In this document: positions 17,115 to 23,624 of the stretch, one piece after another
Layout of the letters: every line of letters begins with the position of its first letter
How positions within the stretch are numbered: the first letter of the stretch is position 1
DNA from: Nitrososphaera viennensis EN76
GTDB lineage: Archaea; Thermoproteota; Nitrososphaeria; Nitrososphaerales; Nitrososphaeraceae
Assembly: GCF_000698785.1 (NCBI RefSeq)
Contig: NZ_CP007536.1
Span: forward strand, 1,500,001-1,532,000
Direction of reading: 5' to 3'
DNA length: 32,000 nt
Notes under the pieces: model-generated
The model's database searches: none
The model's input: only the letters and a program-made list of their open reading frames with translations
What the model was told of the DNA's origin: nothing
Made by a program: the position numbers and the translations under genes

Positions 17115-17931
17115 AGATCGAGGTTATCATGTCCAGGACCTTCTGGTATTCCACCTGGCCCCACTGGTCGTACGCGTTTGCGTACACGACTTCGGCAGCC
17201 TGCCTGCCTGAAAGCCCGGCGTTTAGCATCTTGGCAAACGCTATGGTCTCCCTGAGCGACGGGCTGTAATACAGCTCTTCCACGGCCGCGGCGTCGCGCA
17301 GGCTCCTGGCGAGCTGTATAGCGTGCTTGACGTCGCGCATCCTGCCGTCGTCCATCTTGACGTGCCTCTTTACTATCTCCAGCTCCAAGTCCTCCGGCGG
17401 GTAGTCAAGCCTCATCCTCACCGGGAACCTGCTCAAGAGCTGCGGCGGCAGTTCCTTTGTCCCCACGTGCGAAAGCGGGTTTATCGTCGCAATCACGAAC
17501 CAGTCCGGCGACGCCTTTACGAGCTGGCCCTCGGCCTCCTTGAGCACCAGCTGGCGCCTGTCGTCGAGGGCCTCGTCAAGGCGCAGGAGGACGTCCGCTT
17601 CTGCTGCGTTTAGCTCGTCGAGGTACAGCATCGTTCCTTCCTTCATCGATTTTACCAGCACGCCTTCGACAAAGCTTATCTCCCCCTTGTCAATCGTCCT
17701 CGTGCCGACAAGGTGCGATTCCCTCGTTCTGAGCGAAAAGTTCACGGAATAAAGCTCTTTTTTCATCGCCGAGGCGAACTTGCGCACAAGCGTGGTCTTG
17801 CCGGTCCCCTTGGGGCCGATGATTAGCACAAAGAGCCCGGCCTTGTAGGCCTTTTCAAGCACGTCCAGGGCGTTGTTCCAGTCAAGGTAAACCACCTCAT
17901 GACTGCCATCGTCCAGTTCAGTCGCTGCCAT
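17101..17931 (-). CDS. AAA+ ATPase, MoxR class, CbbQ/NirQ/NorQ (AAA_5) type
   Basis: Walker A IIGPKGTGKTT, Walker B MLYLDELNAAE, ATINPLSHVGTKELPPQLLSRF (sensor/arginine finger region). Start taken at ATG 17931 (MAATELDD). Confidence 0.85.
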   Translation of the reverse strand: MAATELDDGSHEVVYLDWNNALDVLEKAYKAGLFVLIIGPKGTGKTTLVRKFASAMKKELYSVNFSLRTRESHLVGTRTIDKGEISFVEGVLVKSMKEGTMLYLDELNAAEADVLLRLDEALDDRRQLVLKEAEGQLVKASPDWFVIATINPLSHVGTKELPPQLLSRFPVRMRLDYPPEDLELEIVKRHVKMDDGRMRDVKHAIQLARSLRDAAAVEELYYSPSLRETIAFAKMLNAGLSGRQAAEVVYANAYDQWGQVEYQKVLDMITSIFGDK

Positions 17932-17983
17932 CTCTGGGTTATAGCGGGGTACAATGGTATTTGAGCGTTTAAGCGTACGAGAG

Positions 17984-17994
17984 ATATTATAATA
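17984..17994 (+). promoter_or_regulatory. TATA-like box upstream of the hemerythrin-like gene
   Basis: ATATTATAATA about 30 nt upstream of ATG 18024, within the 92-nt divergent intergenic region. Confidence 0.35.
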
Positions 17995-18023
17995 GAGGCG
18001 CCTGCACACTTTTTCCCGCGGCG

Positions 18024-18587
18024 ATGAGCACCCGGGAGCTCGTGCAGGACCACGCCACTGTCAGGCGCATACGCGACATTGCGCAGAAATGCTCCGACAG
18101 GCTGTACGCCGGCGACGACATCCCGCTTGAGGAAATCGAGATAATCTCCGTCGTCATCGAAGAGTTTGTGGACGCGTTCCACCACGGCAAGGAGGAAAAG
18201 GCCTACTTTCCGGCAAACGAGCGCAAGAGTGGCGACTACGCGGAGGAGGTGCGCAAGTTCAAGATAGAGCACGAGTTCGGGCGCAGGGTCGCAGGGATGA
18301 TGCTCCGCAGCCTGAAAAAGTGGAAGAGCGGGGTTGTTGACGGCAGGGAGCCCGTCGCGCGGTTCTTAAAGACGTACGCGGCGTTTGTCACGGACCACAC
18401 CGGCAAGGAAGAGAAATTTTTTGAAATGGTCGAAGAAATGAGGAGCATATCAAGCGAGGAGGACAGGCAGATCCTGCGCCACTATGAGGCGTGCAGGATC
18501 GACGTGGGAGGGAGCGCAAGGGTGCAGGAGTTGTTGAGGCTGGTCGAGTACCTGGAAGAAAGGGAGTGGATGAAGAAGAAAAAATGA
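18024..18587 (+). CDS. hemerythrin-like (HHE cation-binding) domain protein
   Basis: Repeated His/Glu motifs spaced as in a four-helix-bundle di-iron protein: DAFHHGKEEKAYFP, KIEHEFGRR, VTDHTGKEEKFFE. Confidence 0.65.
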   Translation: MSTRELVQDHATVRRIRDIAQKCSDRLYAGDDIPLEEIEIISVVIEEFVDAFHHGKEEKAYFPANERKSGDYAEEVRKFKIEHEFGRRVAGMMLRSLKKWKSGVVDGREPVARFLKTYAAFVTDHTGKEEKFFEMVEEMRSISSEEDRQILRHYEACRIDVGGSARVQELLRLVEYLEEREWMKKKK

Positions 18588-18597
18588 TCCATCGCTG

Positions 18598-19974
18598 CTA
18601 CTCCACAGTCAGGCTTCCCTCCATCCACGGATGCAGCGCGCAGTAATAGTCGTGCCTGCCTGCGCTGTCGAATTTGTGCGTCCACGAGCCGCCTGCCCCT
18701 ATCAGCGACGAGTCAAAAGCCCCCTGCCTGTCGGTGACCGTGTGCACTATGGTGTCCTGGTTTACCCAGGTCACTTCCGATCCTGCATTGACAGAGATTT
18801 CGCGCGGGGCATAGTTCTCTTTTTGTTTGTTGTCCCACGAGCCTGCCACGATTGCCACCTGCGGGCCTGCGCCATGATGGGGGGAAGAGGAGGAGCTTGC
18901 CGGGGCGGTGGCGTTGTTTGCACCGCCGGTGTACTCTGTCACCTCCGGCTTTTGCAGCTTTTCAATCAGCTCGTGCTGCCAGCCTATCATCGACTCTGCC
19001 CGGTACGGCCCCTGCGACGGCTCGACCATTATCTCGCCCATGTTGCCCCGCTCTTCCTGCAGGCCGTGGCTGTGGAAGAGGTACGTCCCGGGCCACTTCC
19101 ACGTCGCCTCGACTATGGCGGCGTTTCCCGGCCCTATTTCGACCGTCTGGGCGTCTATCGGGTCGTTGGACCAGAGCCCCGACGGGTACGCCTTGAAGAT
19201 GGTGCTGTGAAGGTGGAACGAGTACGGGATGGTGGTGCCCATGTTGATGACGTACATCCTGATAAGCTCGCCCTGCCTGACGTGCAGCATGTTGTTGTCT
19301 TCGCCCATGTACTGGTCCGCGTAGCCGTTTACGAGATAGTACCTGGGCACAAAGCTCTCCTGGTCTTCCGGGTCAAACTCGCCCATCACTATCACAAACT
19401 CTCTTGCCGGCTCGGGCTTGCTGTTGCTGTCATCTTTGGGGTCTACTATCAGCGCGCCGTACATGCCCATCCTGATGTGGAGCGACGTCGGGTACGCGTG
19501 GCAGTGGTACATCAGCGCGCCGGCGGGGTCGGCCACGAAAGTGTAGTTGTAAGCCTCCCCGGGGAGCAACTGCGGGTGGACCCCGTCGCTTTCGTCGTCG
19601 TGGTTCCCGTGCAGGTGGAGCGTGTGCGCAAGGGGCGTCTTGTTTATGAAATGTATGGTGACGTTGTCGCCCTCGGTGAACCTGAGGGTCGGCCCGGGCA
19701 TCGTGCCGTTGAACGTCCACGCTTTAACGCGCTCGCCGGGCGCTATCTCGATCTCGGCTTCTTCGGCCACGAGCGTGACCTCTTTTTTAGCATTAGCATT
19801 ATTATTGTTGCTGTCTGCCGCCGCTGCCGCTGCTCCTCCTCCTGCCGCCCGGCCTTCAGGCGCAAGGAAGAAGAGCGAGCCGGCCACAACGCTTGAAGCA
19901 ACCGCGGCCACGACTGCAAGAGCAAGAAGCTTTTTCCCTCCCCTACCATCATTATTGTTGTTTTCACTTGGCAT
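18598..19974 (-). CDS. membrane-anchored/secreted two-domain multicopper oxidase fused to a C-terminal cupredoxin (amicyanin/plastocyanin-like) domain
   Basis: Four HxH-type motifs: HTLHLHG and YHCHAYPTSLHIRMGM (domain 1, type-1 Cu C-x7-H-x4-M), then FHLHS and LFHSHG (domain 2). The C-terminal domain has HTV ... YYCALHPWMEG (C-x2-H-x2-M). N-terminal hydrophobic anchor KKLLALAVVAAVASSVVAG. Start taken at ATG 19974. Confidence 0.85.
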   Translation of the reverse strand: MPSENNNNDGRGGKKLLALAVVAAVASSVVAGSLFFLAPEGRAAGGGAAAAAADSNNNNANAKKEVTLVAEEAEIEIAPGERVKAWTFNGTMPGPTLRFTEGDNVTIHFINKTPLAHTLHLHGNHDDESDGVHPQLLPGEAYNYTFVADPAGALMYHCHAYPTSLHIRMGMYGALIVDPKDDSNSKPEPAREFVIVMGEFDPEDQESFVPRYYLVNGYADQYMGEDNNMLHVRQGELIRMYVINMGTTIPYSFHLHSTIFKAYPSGLWSNDPIDAQTVEIGPGNAAIVEATWKWPGTYLFHSHGLQEERGNMGEIMVEPSQGPYRAESMIGWQHELIEKLQKPEVTEYTGGANNATAPASSSSSPHHGAGPQVAIVAGSWDNKQKENYAPREISVNAGSEVTWVNQDTIVHTVTDRQGAFDSSLIGAGGSWTHKFDSAGRHDYYCALHPWMEGSLTVE

Positions 19975-20072
19975 AGGAAAAATTTCTCTGGTTTTGCATA
20001 TAGGCAGGCCGTATACACAGCAAGCCCGCCTCCGTACTATAATCGCCTGCAACCTTTTGCAGCCGGCCGCAG

Positions 20073-20101
20073 GCGCGCCTGCTTGCCGGCGCTTGCAATG
20101 C
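20073..20101 (+). promoter_or_regulatory. operator-like element S1 (GCGCGCCTGCTTGC-CGGCGCTTGC-AATGC)
   Basis: The 21-mer 20081-20101 is 20/21 identical to 21070-21090. GCTTGC is repeated with 10-bp phasing. The element lies ~10 nt upstream of the TATA-like TTTTAATA (20111-20118) of the ABM gene. Confidence 0.5.
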
Positions 20102-20132
20102 AGACTCTTGTTTTAATAGGGGCGGAAAAGAT

Positions 20133-20471
20133 GTGATGGCGTTGGCGGACCAGCTGGTGGAAAAGCGCGCCCTCCTGGAGGGCATGGTATTCGTGGCAAT
20201 AGCGGACATTGAGCTGAAAAAAGGAAAGGAGGAGGAGTTCAAGAAGTGGTTTTTGCAGTCAAACCGCGTCCTTGCAAGGCAGGACGGCTTTATAGCAAGA
20301 AAGCTGCTAAAGTCGCCCAATGGGAGCCAGCACCGGATAATGGTCATCATGGAAAGCAAGGAGGCGTTTGCCAAGATGCACACGACATCCGAGCACGCCA
20401 AGCTCCACACGGAGGCGCTTGCGTTCATGGCAAGGCCGCCAAAAATATCCGCCTATGATTCCGTGTCCTGA
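20133..20471 (+). CDS. antibiotic-biosynthesis-monooxygenase (ABM, ferredoxin-like dimeric alpha+beta barrel) domain protein
   Basis: MVFVAIADIELKKGKEEEFKKWF...GFIARKLLKS...RIMVIMESKEAFAKMHTTSEH is the typical ABM pattern. Start is uncertain (GTG 20133, ATG 20136 or ATG 20184). Confidence 0.65.
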   Translation: MMALADQLVEKRALLEGMVFVAIADIELKKGKEEEFKKWFLQSNRVLARQDGFIARKLLKSPNGSQHRIMVIMESKEAFAKMHTTSEHAKLHTEALAFMARPPKISAYDSVS

Positions 20472-20485
20472 CTTGCTTGCTTTCG

Positions 20486-21016
20486 CTATTCGTCGACTGT
20501 GAGCGTGAGCATGGTGTTTGACACCATGATGTCTACGCGCCTGTTCAGGATCTCGTTGAATATCTGCTCCAGGAGCGTCTTGTGGTAGAGCGACCAGTTG
20601 TATCCGAGGTCGTGCTTCATCACAAAGACGTGCCGGCCCTCGTTTTCGCTGTGGGAAAACTCGATTGACGAGCTCTTCATCCGGGTCTCAAGCCACGACA
20701 GGAACGACGAGAGGTCCATCCTAGTCTTCATGAAAAGCGCGATGTCGTGAACCACGCCCTTGCCAATCTTTTGCGCCATCTCCAGTATTTCCTCCCTGTC
20801 CATGCTTTCAAAGAGCGTGTGCACCAGGGGCCTTGCGATCGGTATCATGCCGACCTTTGGCTCGTACACGTCCCACTCGACAAAGCGCTTAAGTATCTGG
20901 TTGACAAGCGTGTTGAGGCTGACTTCCCTCTTGTCAGACTCGGACCGGAGCTTGCCCATGACGCCTTCTTCGATGCGGAACGTCATAGTGACTGTTTTTT
21001 TGGAATCATCTGTCAT
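20486..21016 (-). CDS. ribbon-helix-helix (CopG/Arc-like) DNA-binding protein with a ~130 aa C-terminal domain of unknown function
   Basis: N-terminal TVTMTFRIEEGVMGKLRSESDKREVSLNTLVNQILKRFVEW fits a beta-strand/helix/helix RHH pattern. Start taken at ATG 21016 (MTDDSKK). Confidence 0.55.
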   Translation of the reverse strand: MTDDSKKTVTMTFRIEEGVMGKLRSESDKREVSLNTLVNQILKRFVEWDVYEPKVGMIPIARPLVHTLFESMDREEILEMAQKIGKGVVHDIALFMKTRMDLSSFLSWLETRMKSSSIEFSHSENEGRHVFVMKHDLGYNWSLYHKTLLEQIFNEILNRRVDIMVSNTMLTLTVDE

Positions 21017-21069
21017 GGGGACTATTACAGAGTTTTTCCGCGTTTGAACTATAATAACGATGCTGAAAC

Positions 21070-21090
21070 GCTTGCAGGCGCTTGCAATGC
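21070..21090 (+). promoter_or_regulatory. operator-like element S2 (GCTTGCAGGCGCTTGCAATGC)
   Basis: 20/21 identical to 20081-20101. It sits in the divergent region between the RHH gene (start 21016) and the zinc-ribbon gene (start 21123), ~10 nt upstream of the A/T-rich CATAAGTAT. Confidence 0.5.
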
Positions 21091-21122
21091 GTACCTGATG
21101 CATAAGTATCATTCTGGCCTAG

Positions 21123-21338
21123 ATGCAGCAGTTGGTCCTTGGCTGCAGGGGGCTTTGCGCCCGGCTGGAGACGATTGGCGGAGGCAAGAACTCGGTGTAC
21201 AGCCTCGGCTACAAGCGGTGCTCGTCCTGCGACATTTACATAAAGTGGGACGACGGGTGCCGGTGCCCGTGCTGCAAGCTGCCGTTGCGCGTGAAAAAGA
21301 GAACAAAGCAGAATATCGTCTCCTCCCGCGCGTACTGA
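21123..21338 (+). CDS. small zinc-ribbon protein (Cys-rich, basic C-terminus)
   Basis: 71 aa with GCRGLCARL ... KRCSSCDIYIKWDDGCRCPCCKLPLRVKKR. The CxxC and CPCC pairs form a zinc-ribbon-like pattern. Confidence 0.5.
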   Translation: MQQLVLGCRGLCARLETIGGGKNSVYSLGYKRCSSCDIYIKWDDGCRCPCCKLPLRVKKRTKQNIVSSRAY

Positions 21339-21404
21339 TTCTTATTATTATCTGCAGTACAGTTTCACGGTTATGCCGTCAGGGTCGCGCACAGTGGCAG
21401 AATC

Positions 21405-21421
21405 GCGCGCCTGCTTGCAAT
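21405..21421 (+). promoter_or_regulatory. operator-like element S3 (single-unit version: GCGCGCCTGCTTGCAAT)
   Basis: The 14-mer GCGCGCCTGCTTGC is identical to 20073-20086. S3 equals S1 minus one 10-nt unit. It lies ~6 nt upstream of the A/T-rich ATAATTAATATTTATT preceding the 21471 gene. Confidence 0.4.
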
Positions 21422-21470
21422 CTCGATGATAATTAATATTTATTCGGGTTCCAATGACGAACCGTAAGAA

Positions 21471-21746
21471 ATGCCAAAAGAGCTTTCAGAAGCGCAAGCG
21501 TGGGAGATAGTCAAGCCGGTCTGCAGGGAGCTGGTCGAGCTCGTCAATGAAAAGATGGTCAGGTTCGTCTCTGCCACGGAAAGCGACAGCGGGACGTACG
21601 CGATTAACTTGAAATCAAGCCGGATTCATCTTGCCTCCCGCGGGTTCAAGGACAGCATCGGCGACATAGAGTACGGCGATGGAAAGCTGAGGATCGGGCT
21701 GCGGGCAAACGGCAGGCCGGGAAACATTTTCATCGACCTGGAATGA
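21471..21746 (+). CDS. hypothetical small protein
   Basis: 91-aa ORF with an ATG start and a TATA-like box 30-40 nt upstream. No family recognised. Confidence 0.45.
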   Translation: MPKELSEAQAWEIVKPVCRELVELVNEKMVRFVSATESDSGTYAINLKSSRIHLASRGFKDSIGDIEYGDGKLRIGLRANGRPGNIFIDLE

Positions 21747-21838
21747 ACAACATGCATAGTTCCATTTTTCAAGCGTGCATAATTGCATAATTTGAGCACG
21801 GCCGTGCATAATTGGGAAAAAACGACTGTGCTTGGGTG

Positions 21839-21867
21839 ATGCGTGTGTGTGCGCGCGCGTGTGTGCG
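21839..21867. repeat. RY-1: 29-nt perfect alternating purine-pyrimidine tract
   Basis: ATGCGTGTGTGTGCGCGCGCGTGTGTGCG. Contains the core CGTGTGTGTGCGCGCG at 21842-21857. Lies in the intergenic region between convergent genes. Confidence 0.95.
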
Positions 21868-21960
21868 GCGGGACATGCAAGATAGGTGGTATCCATGTCG
21901 TACATAGATAAAAGAACTACTATATTCTGCAAAAGATATGTGTGCTGGCGCATTTTTTTC

Positions 21961-22377
21961 TTATTCTGAAGAAGAGATGAGCCTGTGCTTTTTCAACAAG
22001 GGCAGCACCTTGCCCAGTATTATTTCTTCGTGGCGGGCATAGTTATCAAAGGACATGAGCAGGAGGGCATAATCACCGTGCATCAACGGGATTGAAGCCC
22101 TTTTCACTTTCTCGTACAGGGTGAACGTGTATACGGCCCTGCCAAGTCTTGATTCATAATCTTCACGGGTCTTCATGCGAAGGACAGACTTGACTGCAGA
22201 GCCTTCCACCTCCTCGTCGGTCAAGAGAGGTTTCACCCCTTCTCGAAACTCGGAGGCAACCATTTTGCCCATCTTGTTTGCAATTCCCGCAAACCGGATA
22301 GAACTGTCAGCCAAGAGTATCTGCCTGCAGATATTTTTTAGATGAAGAGCGGCATCATTATCATCAGCAACTACCAT
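21961..22377 (-). CDS. hypothetical protein, possibly Roadblock/LC7 (MglB-fold)-like
   Basis: ORF 21961..22440 trimmed to ATG 22377 (MVVADDNDAALHLKNICRQILL), with TATA-like TTTAGATAATTATT about 25-40 nt upstream. The pattern IRFAGIANKMGKMVASEF ... ALLLMSFD resembles Roadblock-type proteins; this is a weak call. Confidence 0.4.
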   Translation of the reverse strand: MVVADDNDAALHLKNICRQILLADSSIRFAGIANKMGKMVASEFREGVKPLLTDEEVEGSAVKSVLRMKTREDYESRLGRAVYTFTLYEKVKRASIPLMHGDYALLLMSFDNYARHEEIILGKVLPLLKKHRLISSSE

Positions 22378-22521
22378 TTTTCCCTCGCAACCACCTTGGG
22401 TACGGCAATAATTATCTAAAACAGTTGCCGGACAGGACACAGATGATGATCTCTATTATTCGTACCTGTTTAATATCATGACGTCCAAGATCCACGGCTG
22501 GCGCCGATATATGCACGATTG

Positions 22522-22536
22522 GTATGCGTGTGCACA
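22522..22536. repeat. RY-2: 15-nt alternating purine-pyrimidine tract (plus an 11-nt tract at 22507-22517)
   Basis: GTATGCGTGTGCACA, upstream of the 21961-22377 gene. Confidence 0.7.
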
Positions 22537-22687
22537 AGGGATCCTGACGGTCAATCACGGTATTAGCAGTAGTTGCAGCAGAGCCTCCCAATCCGGGTCA
22601 GAATCAGCGAAAGACATTCTCATACCCTCCAATATAGTATAGATATAGCGGGAATTTGCACTTTAATTAAATAGTAAAATCAGATAT

Positions 22688-23116
22688 TTGACGAATGTGA
22701 GGAACGACACTTCGTCAAGGCTGGCTGCTGTCGCATTAATATCTGCGATATTGCTCGGAGCGACGGCAGCAGTTGGGTACATGTTGAACATTCAGACAGC
22801 ACGTGCAGTAGAGGTTGGCAACACGCAAGTACAGATACAGGTACAGGGCTCGGGAAGCGATGGCGGTGGGGGTAGCGGCAATAGTGGCAGCGGCAGCGAG
22901 GGAGGAGGACAGGGCTCGGGAAGCGATGGTGAGAGAGATGGGCAAGATAGCAATGGTGGCGATAATGGACAAGGTCGATATTGCTACAGCGCCGCCGTCA
23001 CTAACCCATTCACCGGCAAGACACGCACCGTCGATGTGTGCTTTGACAGCCAATCTGACTGCGAACAGGCCCAGCAGCATGACCCAGATTCGGCATCCGG
23101 CTGCGAAACGCAGTAG
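22688..23116 (+). CDS. small secreted/anchored protein: signal anchor, Gly/Ser-rich acidic linker, C-terminal 4-Cys domain
   Basis: TTG start. Hydrophobic LAAVALISAILLGATAAVGY, then QGSGSDGGGGSGNSGSGSEGGGQGSGSDGE (encoded with a 20-nt internal DNA repeat), then RYCYSAAV...VDVCFDSQSDCEQ...SGCE. Confidence 0.5.
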   Translation: MTNVRNDTSSRLAAVALISAILLGATAAVGYMLNIQTARAVEVGNTQVQIQVQGSGSDGGGGSGNSGSGSEGGGQGSGSDGERDGQDSNGGDNGQGRYCYSAAVTNPFTGKTRTVDVCFDSQSDCEQAQQHDPDSASGCETQ

Positions 23117-23201
23117 CAAAAGCCACCAAAGCGCGCCGGCCAGGGCATTTGCCGAAAAACGAAAGAGCAAGATGCACGTGTGTACAAGATACTGAGCAGG
23201 C

Positions 23202-23543
23202 GTGGTGGCTTTTTCTTCTGCTGCTGCCGACAACCAGCCACAATTCCTGTACCTGGACACCAGGGGGTGGAAGACTGGCAAAAAGCACCAGATAGAAATC
23301 TGGTTTGTCGAGCATGAAGGCAAATATTACATAATGTCAGAGCGCAGGGAACGCTCCCACTGGGTCCAGAACATCATGCACGACCCCGGCGTTTTCTTCA
23401 GCGTCAACGACAAGAAATTCGAGGGGACTGCAAGGACCGTCAGGCAGGAAGATGAGCCCGGGCTGGCGGTGGAAGTCGCAAAATTGATGAATGCCAAATA
23501 CCGGTGGGACGACGGCTTGATTGTAGAGCTCAAGCCGGCGTAG
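23202..23543 (+). CDS. split-barrel flavin/deazaflavin-binding protein, DUF385 / PNPOx-like
   Basis: YLDTRGWKTGKKHQIEIWFVEHEGKYYIMSE...SHWVQNIMHDPGVFFSVNDKKFEGTARTV matches the pattern of F420H2-dependent reductase-like DUF385 proteins. GTG start is uncertain. Confidence 0.5.
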   Translation: MVAFSSAAADNQPQFLYLDTRGWKTGKKHQIEIWFVEHEGKYYIMSERRERSHWVQNIMHDPGVFFSVNDKKFEGTARTVRQEDEPGLAVEVAKLMNAKYRWDDGLIVELKPA

Positions 23544-23563
23544 CAGCAACAGCAGCCCATATA

Positions 23564-23588
23564 GCGCGTATGCGTGTATGCATGCGCA
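23564..23588. repeat. RY-3: 25-nt perfect alternating purine-pyrimidine tract
   Basis: GCGCGTATGCGTGTATGCATGCGCA, preceded by CATATA (23558-23563) with one phase slip. Lies between two convergent 3' ends. Confidence 0.9.
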
Positions 23589-23624
23589 GGTCCATAACTT
23601 GCAGGCTCGCCACGGCCGCGGCAG

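Noticed and set aside
18631-19896. 421-aa plus-strand ORF antisense to the multicopper oxidase. Similar long antisense ORFs occur at 16008-16793, 12716-13468, 13472-14110, 10859-11584, 14673-15305, 20747-21436 and 22736-23323.
   Set aside because: These are shadow ORFs typical of GC-rich coding DNA. Their translations are Arg/Ala/Pro/Gly/Val-rich with no recognisable motifs, and each is fully covered by a gene with clear family signatures on the other strand.
22441-22552. ATGATGA (C-box-like) at 22443-22449 and CTGA at ~22545, considered as a C/D-box sRNA.
   Set aside because: The boxes are ~100 nt apart, there are no D'/C' boxes at proper spacing, and there is no terminal stem. This is not supportable.
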